This document shows positions 1-12,522 of a stretch of DNA of 64,000 bases, in pieces (positions within the stretch are counted from its first letter, which is position 1; each line of letters begins with the position of its first letter). This DNA is from the human T2T-CHM13v2.0 reference genome, Homo sapiens. The translations under genes were made by a program, and so were the position numbers. The stretch is taken from assembly GCF_009914755.1 (NCBI RefSeq), contig NC_060947.1; one strand, given 5' to 3'. Below the pieces are notes generated by a model. That model worked only from the letters and a program-made list of their open reading frames with translations. It did no database searches and had not been told where the DNA came from.

Positions 1-260
1 AAAATATTAAGCCTGAAGACTTCTAAAAAGACAAGAAACATGGCCTAAATAACCAACATAGATTTACATAGTAAGTTTCACACTACCTTATTACCAAAAG
101 CAAACACCTCTTACTTTAAACTACATTATCATGTATATCTATTGTATGCTGGTCTTTACTTTTTGCCAAAATCAACATATAATGAAGAGATGCCTTTGTT
201 TCATGAGATTCAAACTTGATGCTATGCTTTAAAATAAACTCAGTACTTTTAGAAACATAA
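1..260 (+). other. SH3BGRL: Terminal part of a 3'UTR, probably SH3BGRL; gene body lies upstream of the window
   Basis: Unique AT-rich non-repeat sequence with AATAAA at 233-238, a CA/TA cleavage region about 20 nt later and GU-rich ttatgtgttcttgg downstream. Gene identity is from my memory of the SH3BGRL mRNA end and fits an SH3BGR-family relic 53 kb downstream; not verified by search. Confidence 0.65.
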
Positions 261-275
261 CTTATGTGTTCTTGG
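233..275 (+). terminator. Polyadenylation signal and downstream GU-rich element
   Basis: AATAAA 233-238; aaacataa at ~253-260; cttatgtgttcttgg 261-275. Confidence 0.65.
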
Positions 276-2784
276 AGTTTATATAATAGTAATTTTAGAT
301 GAGTAATATCTTTTTTTAGAGGGTTGGGAATGCAAAAAGAGAAAATAGTAGAAAGAAAAAGCTTTGAATGCAATTCAAGGTTTTCGTTTTCTATGTTTTC
401 TTTTTAGGGCTTTTAATCTCACAATACACATGAGGTCAAATGAACAATTTTATTGGGTTTACAAAAATACGGCATAAAGAACTCTAGAGAAAACAGGGTG
501 CTTTGTAATACACTGGAAACGCAAAAAAAGTTTTTTAGTCAATATTTTCTCCTAAGCTTTATTAAATGTTGCTGATGATACTTGCAATATTTTATGTGGT
601 CATTTTCACTTTTATTTTAATGTCAAATAAGTTAACACTGCCAAAATGGGCATTCTTTAAAAATAGATGTATTTTTTGCCATGTTTATATAACTTAAAAT
701 TAACATAGTATATTAAAGTAAAAGGTTGAATTGAGTCTTCCTAAACTGAAATATTTTATTTTGTCAGCTGAGAAATATGTTTTGTAGATACAAAAATGCA
801 AGTGAAATTCTGAATATGAAGGTGAGTTTTATTTAAAAAAATCTCCAAAATATTTGGCCGGAAAATATAATCTTTGCCACTTGTTATATTACATTCAGAT
901 TGTTTCTGTTTGTAAATCAGACTTGTTTATTTGTTATGTTCAGTTATTGAGCTGGTTTGTTCTTGGGAATATTTGACTCTCAGGAAGATTTTCATTTTCA
1001 CCAAACAATGCAAATTGGACGTCGATTGCATTGTTAAATGTCAACATTTCTTTGGGAGTCTGAGTGTAGGGGTAAACAGAATTTTAAAACAGAAGTTGTT
1101 AATTACTTGCTTGGGAAAGTTTAAATACAGAAAATGTTGGTGAAGTCAGATTTCATTGCACATATTCCATTCATTCAGCAAAAGGAAAAATGAGGATTCA
1201 CATGGATTTTATTACCCAGTTGTGGATGCTGAAAAATATTGAAAGGTTGACATTGGTCTAATCTTTTTAATGTAAAATACATATTTCTTTTCTTTTGAAG
1301 AATTCCAACAAAACTGATTAAGAAACATGCACATTTGATTAATTTGAACCTTCTAGTCTTCTGCTTCCACCCATCATTCTTCCCCTGTATCTATTATCAC
1401 CTTCCTTTATTTAGCAAACAAAATTTTGAAATCCTTTGTAAAGAGTACTATAATGTTACCATAATTCCTATTTTCACACAATTGTCTTTTTAACATCTTT
1501 ACTGAGATATACAATTCACATACTGTAAACTTTGCTCATTTAAAGTGTATAAGGCAGTGACTTTTACTATATTCACAGAATCATGCAACCATCACTAAGA
1601 TTTAAGTTTAGAATGTTTCATCACCCAACAAATAAACTCTACCCAATAGCAGTCACTCCCCATCCCCCACTCCCTCAGCACTATGCAAACACCAACTTAC
1701 TTTCTGTCTCTGTGGATTTACCTATTCTAGACATTTTATATAACTAAAATCATACAATATGTGGTCTTTTGTGGTTTGTGTCTTCTAGTTACCACATTTT
1801 TGAGTTTCATCCTTGTTGTAGCATGCATTAGTACTTCACATGTTTTATTGAATAACATTCCATTGTATGGATAAAAGCACATTATGTTTGCCCATTAATC
1901 AGTTGATGGACATTTGGGTGGTTTCCACTTTTTGGCTGTTACGCATAATGCTGCTATGAACATCGGTGTACAAATTTTTTGTTGGAATACCTGTTTTTGT
2001 GTCTTGGATATATATGTAGAAGAGTTACATGATTGTTCTGTATTTAACAATTTGAGGAACGTGAGACTTTTCCAAGTTGGCTTCACTATTTTACATTCCC
2101 ACCAACAATGTATGAGTATTGTTCTGATTTTCCCAATTTCTGGCCAGTGCTTGTTGTTATTTACACTTTTGATTACAGCCATTCTGATGGCTATAAAGTG
2201 GTTCCTCATTGTAGTTGTGATTTACATTTCTCTGATGGCTAAATATGTTGAGCATCTTTTTATGTGATTATAGCCATTTATATATCTTCTTTGGAGAAAT
2301 GTCTTTTCAGATCCTGTGTCCATCTTTAAATTGGGTTATTTGTATTTTTATTGCTCAATTTTAACATTTCCTTATATATTCTGATTACAAGTCTGTTATT
2401 ATATATGTGGTTTGAAAATGTTTTACCATTATATGGGTCGTCTTATTTTCTTGAGGGTATGCTTTGAAGTATGTAAGTTTTAAATTTTGGCAAATTCATC
2501 TTTTTTTTTGTTATTGCTTATATTTTGTTTTTGCTAAGGAAACATTGCCTAATCCAAGGTCATAAAGATTTACTTTTCTGTTTTCATTTAATAGTTTTAC
2601 CTTGAGCACTTACGTCTGTGATCTATTTTGAGTTACTTTTTGTATATGATATGGGATAGGGATTTAAGTTCATTCAGTTGTCCAAGCACCATTTGCTGAA
2701 ATGACCACTCTTTCCCCATTAAATTTTCCTGGCAGCTTTGTCAAAAATAAGATAATCATACATAAATATGTAGTTATATATTTG

Positions 2785-3580
2785 TTAATTTAATGATTTT
2801 AACAAATTATAATTGCATACAACTAGAAGTAGTGTGATGCTATTTTATATAATATATATTATATATGTGTATATATGCACAGTGGGAAATGATTTAATCA
2901 AACTAATTAATATATCCATAACCTTACTTTATTCCTACTGTTCAGATGCAACTTTTTACTGTTTGACCAACATCACCCTATTTCACCCCACCTAGCCTCT
3001 GCTAACCAACATTATTTTAGATTCCACATATAAGTGAGACCATGTGGTATTTGTATTTCTGCATCTGGCATATTTCACTTAGTATAGTGTCCTCCACATT
3101 CATCCATGTTGTTGCAAATACAGAATCTTCTTTTTTATAAGGCTGGATAGTATTCCACTGTATATGTGTGTGTATATTATATATATGTAAAACATAAATA
3201 TATAATATATATATAAAATACACATATACAGTGGAAATGTTACATAAGAAACACATATAAAGACACATATATAAAGGAACATATATAGAGAACATAAGAA
3301 GAACACATGTAGACATAAGAAGAACATAAAGAACATATATATGTTCTTTATATATGTTCCTTTATATATGTTTTTATAAACAACATATATTCTTTAAGAT
3401 ATTTTATAAAGAACATATATTCTTTATAAAAACATATATAAAGGAACATATATAAAGAAAATGTTTTATATGTATATATATATATACACACACACACACA
3501 GACATATTTTCTTTATCCATTCATCCATTGATGGACACCTGGGTTGATTCCATAACTTGTCTATTGTAAATAATGCTGCA
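2785..3580 (-). mobile_element. L1MA-type 3' end fragment nested in the L1MB
   Basis: L1MA 3'UTR motifs (gattccacatataagtgagaccatgtggtatttgtatttc); internal TA-rich expansion. Confidence 0.7.
3160..3505. repeat. Degenerate (TA)n / AT-rich simple repeat ending in (CA)n
   Basis: Directly visible low-complexity tract. Confidence 0.85.
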
Positions 3581-4479
3581 TGTAAAGGTATATTTCGGGG
3601 CATTCAATTATATTTCTATGGTTTATATGTCAGTGTACTATATGTGTACCTTTGCCAGTTCCACACAGTTTTGATTTCTGTAGCTGTGTAGTACATTTTG
3701 AAACTTGGAAGTGTGAGTCCTCCAGTGTTGTTCTTTCTTTTTAAATTCTTTTTTTTCTTTGGCATCCCTTGCATTTCTGTATGACTCATAGGATCAGCAT
3801 GTCAATACCTGCAAAAAACCCAGCTGGGATTTTGATAAGGATTCTGTTGAATATTTAGTTGAACATGGGAAGCAGTGTCATCTTTACAATATTAACTCTT
3901 TTAATTCATAAGCATGGATGCCTTTCCATTTAATTGCATCTTTTTTAGTTGCTTTCAGCAATAGTTTTTAGTTTGCAGAGTTTATACTTCACCCTTTTTT
4001 CTTAAATTTATTTCTAAACATTTTATTCTTTTTGATGCTGTTATAAGTAGAATTGTTTTCTTAATATTAATTTTGGTTTCTTCATATCTATCCAGTGTAC
4101 ATAAACACACGTGACCACTGTATTTACGTATGATTTTTGTATTTTCATTTTGTAACTTGCAACATTGTTGAATTGGTTTATTGCTTCTCATAGGTTTTCT
4201 TGTGGATTCTTTAAGATAGTTTATATATTAATAAAAAATCCTGTCATCTGCAAAGGAAGAAACTTTTACTTCCTTTCTGATCTGGATATATTGTATTTCT
4301 TGCCTGATTGGCCTGGTTAGAACCTCGATTACAATGTTGAAAATAAGTTTCTAGAGCATAAATCCTCGTCTTCTTCCCGATTTATTTATTTACTTATGTC
4401 AATCTTTTGCCGTTAAGTGAAATATAAGTTTGACATATATTTTTTCCACATTTATTAAGCTGGTTTTACCTAAAAGCGC

Positions 4480-7400
4480 TTTTTTTTTCTTTTTATTTTT
4501 AAAGTAGGTTCAGGAGCTACATGTGCTTTACTCATTTTTACATGGGTAAAATACATGTTAATGGGGTTTGCTGAAGGAATTATGCTGTCACTCAGGGAGT
4601 GAGTTTAGTACACAATAATTAGTTTTTTAACTATCAACCCACTTCCACTATCCTCTCCAAGTAGTCCTCAGTGTCTGTTGTTCTCAGCTTTGTGTCCTTG
4701 TATACTGTGTTTAGTTCCCACTTGTAAGTGGGAACACGTGATATTTGATTTTCTGTTCCTGTGTTAGGTGGCTTAGGATGATGGCCTCAAGCTGCATCCA
4801 TGTTTCTGCAAAGGACATGATTTCATTGTTTTTATGACTGTGTAGTATTCCAGGGTCTATACCACATTTTCTTAAATCCAGGCCACTGTTGAAGGGCATC
4901 CAGGCTGATTTCATATCTTTGCTATTGTTAATAATGCAGCAATGAACATATGAGTGCATGTGTCTTTTTTGTAGAATGATATATTTGCTTTTAGAGGTAT
5001 ATCCAGTAATGCGGTTGCTGGTTTGAATACTAGTTCTGTTTTAAGTTGTTTAAGAAATCTCAAAATGGCTTTCCACAGTGGCTGAACTAATTTACATTCC
5101 CACCAACAGTGTATAGGCATTTTCTTTTCACCACAAACCTAGGCAGCATCTGCTATTTTTTGACTTTTTAATAATAACCATATTAACTGGTGTGAGAAGG
5201 TATCTCACTGTGGTTTTGATTTGCAAATCTTTGATGATAAGTGGAGTTGTGAATGTTTTCATATATTTAATAGCTCCTTTAAATAGTCTTCTTTTGGGAA
5301 GTGTCTGCTCATGTCCTTTCACCATTTTTTAAATGGGGCTATTTGGTTTTTGCTTCTTGATTTGTTTCAGTTCCTTATAGATTCTGGATATTACACCTTT
5401 GTCAGATGCATAGTTTACGAATATTTTCTCCCATTTTGTATGTAGTCTGTTTACATTGTTGATCGTTTCTTTTGCTGTGCAGAAGCTCTTTAGTTTAATT
5501 AGGTCTCATTTGTGAATTTTTGTTTTTGTTACAGTTGCTTTTTGGGACTTAGTCATAAAATCTTTGCCAAGGCCTATGTTGAGAAAAGTATTTCCTAGGT
5601 GTTCATTTAGGGTTTTTATAGGTTGAGGTCTTATGCTTAAATCTTTAATTCAGCTTGAGTTGATTTTTGTAAGTGGTTAAAGAAAGGGGTCCAATTTTAA
5701 TCTTCTGCATATAGTTATCCAGTTATCAAAGCACAGTTTATTGTATAGGAAGTCCTTTCCCCATTACTTGTCATTGTCAACTTTGTCAAATATCAGATGG
5801 TTGTAAGTGTGCAGCTGTATTTCTTGGTTCTCTCTCCTGTTCCATTGGTCCATGGATGTGTTTTTGTACCAGTATTATGCTGCTTTGGTTACTTTAGCCT
5901 TGTAGTGTAGTTTCAAGTTGGTAAGTGTGATGCTTCTGGCTTTGCTCTTTTTGCTTAGGATTGCTTTGATTATTCAGGCTCTTTTTTTGGTTCTATGTGA
6001 ATTTTGAAATTGCTTTCTATACTTCTGTGAAAAATGGCATTGGTAGTTTGATAAGAATAGCATTGAATATATTGATAGCTTTGGGCAGTATGGCCATTTA
6101 AATGATATTAATTCTTCCCATACATGAGCATGGAATATTTTTCCAATTGTTTGTGTTGTCTCTATTTCTTTCAGTACTGTTTTGTAGTTCTCAATGTAGA
6201 GATCCTTCATGTTTTTGTTTGGATGTATTCCTAGATATTTTATTCTTTTTGTGGCTATTGCAAATGGGATTGCATTATTGATCTGGCTCTCAATGTGAAT
6301 GTTATTGTCATATAGAAATGCTATTGATTTTTGTACATTAATTTTGTATCCTGAAACTTAACTGAAGTCATTTTTCAGTTCTAGGAGCCTTGTGGCAGAG
6401 TCTTTAGCATTTTCTAGCAATAGAATCATATCATCTGCAAAGACAGATAGTGTGACTTCCTCTTTTTCTATTTGGGTGCCTTTTATTTCTTTCTCTTGCC
6501 TAATTGCTCTGGCTACAAATTTCAGCACTGTGTTAAGTAGGAGTGGTGAGAGTGGGCATCCTTGCCTTGTTCCAGTTCTCAAGGGGAATGCTTCCAGCTT
6601 TTGCTCATTCAGCATGATGTTGGCTGTGGGTTTTTCATACATGGCTGTAATTAGTTTGATGTATGTTCCTTCAGAGCCTAATTTGTTGAGGATTTTTAAT
6701 ATGAAGTGATGTTGTATTTTATCAAAAGCCTTCTCTGCATCTCTTGAGATGGGTACGTGGTTTTGTTTTTAATTCTATTTTGTGGTGAATCACATTTATT
6801 GATTTGCAGATGTTGAATCAACCTTGCATCCCAGGAGTGAAGCCTATTTAATCATGAGGTATTAACTTTTTGTTGTGGTGCTCAATTTGGTTTGCTAGTA
6901 TTTTGTTGAGGATTTTTGTGTGTATGTTCATCAGGGGTATTGGCCTGAAGTATCCTTCTATTATTGTGTCTCTGTGAGGTTTTGGTATCTTAATGGTGCT
7001 GACTTCATAGAATGAGATAGGGAGGTGCCCCTTGTCCTTGATTTTTTGGTATAATTTTAGTAGGATTGGTACTAGCTCTTCTTGGCACATTTGGTCAAAT
7101 TCAGCTGTAAATCCATCTGATCTAGGGCTTTATTTTTTGCTTAGTAGGTGTTTTTTATTACTGATTCAATTTCAGAAGTTGTTATTGGTCTACTCAGGGT
7201 ATCAAGTTTTTCAATGTTGGGAGGCTATGTGTTTCCAAAAACTTACCCATTTCTTCTAGGTTTTCTAGTTTATGTGCATAGAGGTGTTTGTTATAGTCTG
7301 TGATTATTTATTTTTTTTCGTATTTCCATGGGGTTATTGTAATGTCACTTTTTTCCATTCTGATTGAACTTATTTTTATCTTCTCCATTTTTTTCTTTGT

Positions 7401-10400
7401 TAGTTGAACTAGCAGACTATCAATCTTGCGTATTCTTTGAAAGAACAAACTTTTGGTTTTGTAGATCTTTGTATGAATTTTTGCATCTCAGTTTTATTTC
7501 GTTTTCCTCTGATTTTTGGTTATTTATTTTCTCCTGCTAGCTTTGGGGTTTGTTTGCTCTTGTTTTTCTAGTTCCTCCAGGTTTGATGTTAGGTTGTTAC
7601 TTTGAGATCTTCCTTTTTGACGTCTTTAGTGCTATAAACTTACCTCTTAACACTTCTTTAGCTCTGTCCCAACAATTCTAGTATGTTGTGGCTCTTTTTT
7701 CATTAGTTTCAAATAATTTATTGGTTTCTCCATTGATTTTGTTTTTTACTCACAGTCATTTATAAGTGCATTGTTTAATTCCATGTAACTGTATGCTTTT
7801 GAGAGATCTTCTTAGTATTGATTTCTATTATTGTTATACTTTGGTCTTAGAATGTGAGTGATATGGTTAGATTTTTTTTTAAATTTGTTGAAACTTGTTT
7901 TATGGTCAAGCATGTGATCCATCTTAGAGCATGTACTGCATGCAGATGAGAAGAATGTGCATTCTGTTCTTATTTGGTGGAGTATTCTGTAGATGTCTAT
8001 TATATCCAATTGTTCAAGTGTTGAGTTTAAATCCAACATATCTTTATTAGTTTTCTGCTTGGATGGTCTGAAACATTGTCAGTGAGGTGTTGATGTCTTC
8101 TAATATCATTTTATCATAATCTACATCTGTTCATAAGTCTCTATGTACCTGTTTTATGAATCTGAGTGTTCCAAATTTGGGTGTATATATATTTAGAATA
8201 GTTAAGTTTTCTAGTTGAATTGAACCCTTTTTTATTATGTAACGACCTTCTTTGTCCTTTTAAATTACTGTTGGTTTAAAGTCTGTTTTATCTGATATAA
8301 GAATAGCAATCCCTGCTCTTTGTTTTCTGTTTGCATGATAAATATTTCTCCATCCCTTTACTGTGGACCTGTGGGTATCATCGCATATGAGATGGGTCTC
8401 CTGAAGACTGCAGACAGTTGAGTCTTGCTTCTTTATCCAGCTTGCCACTCTATGCCTTCTAAGTGGGGACATTTAGCCTGTTTATGTTCAAGGTTAATAT
8501 TGATGTGCAAGGATATGATCCTGTCATCATGTTGTTAGATCGTTGTTATGTAGACTTGATTATGTAGTTGCTTAATAGTGTCTGTGGCATATGTATGTAA
8601 GTGTGTTTTTGTGATGGTAGGTATCTTTCTTTCATTTCCAAGTTTAGCACTCACTTAAGGATGCCTTTTCAGGCAGATCTAGTGGTAACAAATTCTCTTA
8701 GCATTTGCTTCTCTGAAAAGGAATTTATTTCGCCTTCACATATGAAGCCTCGTTTGGTGGGATATGAAGTTATTTGTTGTAATTTATTTTCTTAAAGATG
8801 CTGAAAATAGGCCCCCAATCTCTTCTGGCTTCTAATGTTTTTGGTGAAAGGCCCATGTTAGCCTGGTAAGGCTGCCTTTATAGGTGACCTGATCCTTCTC
8901 TCTAGCTGTCTTTACAATTTTTCTTTCACATTCACTTTGGAAAATCTGATGAGTCTGTGTTTTGGGGATGTTTGTCTTGTATGATATCTCAAAAGCGTTC
9001 TCTGAATTTTTTAATTTGCATGATGACCTCTCTAGTGATATTGGGAAAATTTTCGTGGACTGTGTCCTAAAATATGTTTTCAAAGTTCCTTACTCTTTCT
9101 CCTCATTCAGGAATACCAATGAGTTATAGGTTTGGTCTCTTTACATAACTCCATATTTTTCAGAGATTTTGTGCATTTTTAAAATTATTTTTTAAATTTT
9201 TGTTTACTTGCATTGATTCAAAGAAGTGGTCTTTGAGCTCTGGGATTCCTCAGCTTGATCTATTCTGTTGCTAATGCTTCCAATTGTATTATGAAATTTG
9301 TGTACTAAATTTATTATCAGAAGTTCAGTATGGTTCCTTCTTAAGATGGCTAGGTCATCTTTGAACTCTCGCATTATTTTACCATTTTTCTTGTTTGGTT
9401 TCAACCCTCTGTATCTCTTTGAGCTTGGTTTCCATCCAGAGGCTGAATTCTGTGTTTGACAGTTCAACCATTTCAATCTGGTAAGAACCATTGCTGGGGA
9501 GCTAGTGTGATCATTTGGAGATAAGACGACACTCTGGCTTTTAGAGTTGCCAGAGTTTTTGTGCTGGTTCTTTGTCACCTGTGAAAGCTGATGTTAATTT
9601 ATTCTTTGAAATTGCTGTCTTTTGGATGGGGCTTCTTGTTTTTATAGTCTTAATTTCTCTTGAGTGTTTGTGGTGCAAGTTAAATATGGTTGATTGGCTT
9701 CACGTCTGGATGCTTTTAGAGGGCCAAGGCTCACCTTGTCACTCTTGGACTGCTGCTTTTATCCTGGGGGACTGGGACTGAGCCCGTAGTCTTGTTATCT
9801 GGCCCCTTGAGACTGAGCACCAGCTGTGCTAGGGGGGTTGAGAGTCTCCCAAGCTGCTGGTAAAAGCATTCTGTTGGGGTTAGAAGGTGAAAGTGCTCCA
9901 TCAGGTCAGTGGGGGTTGGTTTGTAAAAGCACTACGTCAGGGCAGTGGGGGCAATAGTCACAAGCACTCCCTCAGAGCGGCAGGGAGCCACTGGCTAAAG
10001 GGCTCCAGTGGGGCAGTGGTGGGGGCGGGGGCACTGGGGAAAGCACTCTGGTGGGATGGTGGGAGGGGCCCCCAGTGAAAGCAATCTGGTAGTGGTCACC
10101 TGCAAAAGCCCTCTGGTTGAGCAGTGGTGGCTTCACTGTGTGCCCGCTCCCATGGTGAAGTGGACAGGGGGCACTTAGATCAGTTTTGCCCTTGTTCTGT
10201 GGGAAAGACAGCTCTGCTCTCTTCAAGTCCTGTAGTTAACACAGCTGAGAGCCATCTAGAGGAGTATGGAGAGCATTGATGAATGGGCACCTACGGCCAT
10301 GTTCCTTTGCAGCTATCCCCATGGCAACTCCCTGGGCTCTGTCTGTTCCATCTCTTTGTGCAGTTCCTCCTTTCAATTTATATGTCCGTAAGAGTCATGG

Positions 10401-10697
10401 GATTTCCTGCAGTTAAGATCTTGCAGATCTGTGGTGAGAGTGGGTTACTCCACAGTTAGTTCATTCACCCCTACCTTAGGAGCCTTTCAGGGCCAGGAAT
10501 GAATCCCAGTGCTTGGCAGCCCAGTGCAGGGTTCGCAGCTTCCTCTCTCTTCAGCCCCAATTTCTATATTTTTCTCTCTACTCACTCTCAGTGTATTTTC
10601 TGAGACGATTTGTTTGGAATATGCTGTTCTACCCTATATTCTGGTCTCTCTCAGTGGGAGAAGCTCATCCTGGCTGTGTCTTGTTGAGCATCTTGTC
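4480..10697 (-). mobile_element. Near full-length old primate L1 (L1PA13-16-like), degenerate
   Basis: Poly(T) and 3'UTR at 4480; ORF2 fragments (6358..6642 [12 protein letters not shown], 8260..8472 EN domain); ORF1 fragments (8832..9578); GC-richer 5'UTR to ~10697. Confidence 0.9.
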
Positions 10698-11693
10698 ACA
10701 GTCTTTTGGGTTTTCCATAGATGTTCTTTATCAGGTTTAAGAAGTTCGATTCGATTTCTAGTTTGTTGACCGCTTATCATGAAAGTGTTGGGTTTTGGCA
10801 AATGCTTTTTTCTACACTTATGGAGAAAATTATGTTTTCTTTTTATTCATTTAGTATATTACATTAATTGATTTTCATATGTTGAACCAACTTTGAATTT
10901 CTGAAAGTTCCACTTAGCCATGGTGCATAATCTCTTTTATATATTGCTGGATTTTGGTTTACTATACATTTTCATCAGGATTTTTGCATGTTTATTCATA
11001 AGGGGATATTGGTCTGTCATTTTTTATATCGTGATATGTTTTTATACTTTTGCTATCAGGTTAATATTGACCCCAAAGAATATATTGTAATGCTTGTTCT
11101 GCTCTTCCATATTTTGGAAGAATTTTCAAAGGATTGGTGTTAATTTTTCTTAAATATCTGGTAGCGTTTACCAGTAAAGCCATCTGAACCTGGACTTCCC
11201 TATGTGGGAAGTCATTGGATTACTAATTCAGTATCTTTACTCATTACATACCTTTTTAAGTATTCTATTTCTTTTAACTCAGTTTTGACAGATTTTAACA
11301 TTTTCCAACTATACTAGTTCATACAATTCCCTTATAATCCTACATATTTCTCTATAGTCAGTAGTGATGTCTGCTTTTTTATTCCTGATTTTAGTAATTT
11401 TAGTGTTCTCTCTATTTTTATTGATCTATCTAGCTAAAGGATTGTCATTTTTGTTTATCTTTCAAAGAACCAAGTTTGGGTTTTGTTGATTTTCTCTATT
11501 GTTTTTCTGTTTTATATTTTGTTGATTTCCCCTCTAATCATTAGCTTGCTTTTGTTTAGTTTGCTCATATTTTCCAGTTTCTCATTAAAGTGGGAGTGAA
11601 TGTATTGATCTGAAAAATTTCTTAAATTAAAATATTACAAATATACATTTTCCTCCAAGCACTTTCTAAACTACATCCTATAAGTTTTGTTAT

Positions 11694-11695
<2 letters not shown>

Positions 11696-11744
<49 letters not shown>
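11696..11744. repeat. (TG)n microsatellite, about 24 units
   Basis: Perfect dinucleotide tract. Confidence 0.97.
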
Positions 11745-11746
<2 letters not shown>

Positions 11747-11812
11747 CTTTTATTTATACCAAGGTCTTTTCTCATTTTTTTCTTTAACCCACTGGTTAGG
11801 AATTTGTTTTTA

Positions 11813-12486
11813 TTTTTTATTTATATTTTTAATGTTTTCAAATTATTATAATTTTTTCCATGGGTTATTGGGGAACAGGTGGTGTTTGGTTACATGAGTA
11901 ATTTCTTTAGTGATTTGTGAGATTCTGGTGCACCCATCACCTGAGCAGTATACACTGCACCCAATTTGTGGTCTTTTATCTCCCACCTGCTTCCCACCCT
12001 TTCTCCCTGAGTCCTCAAAATCCACTGTGTCATTCTTATGCCTTTGTATCCTCATAGCTTGTCTCTCACTTATGAGTGAGAATATTTAGTTTGGTTTTTT
12101 ATTCTTGAGTTACTTCACTTAGAATAATAGTCTCCAGTCTCATCCAGGTTGTTATGAATGCCATGAATTTATTCCTTTTTATGGCTGAATAGTATTTCAT
12201 TATACATACACGTATATACACACGCATATACATACACGTATATACACATGCATATACATACACGTATATACACACGTATATACATACACGTATATACACA
12301 CGTATATACATACACGTATATACACATGTATATATGTATATACATGTTTATATGTATATACATATATAAGTATACATATATACGTATATATACGTATATA
12401 CGTATATATGTATATACGTATATACGTACATATATACGTATATACGTATATATGTGTGTATATATATAAAATACACGTATATATAT

Positions 12487-12522
<36 letters not shown>

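Noticed and set aside
4430-10720. Target-site duplication for the 4480-10697 L1
   Set aside because: No convincing duplicated sequence could be read at the two flanks.
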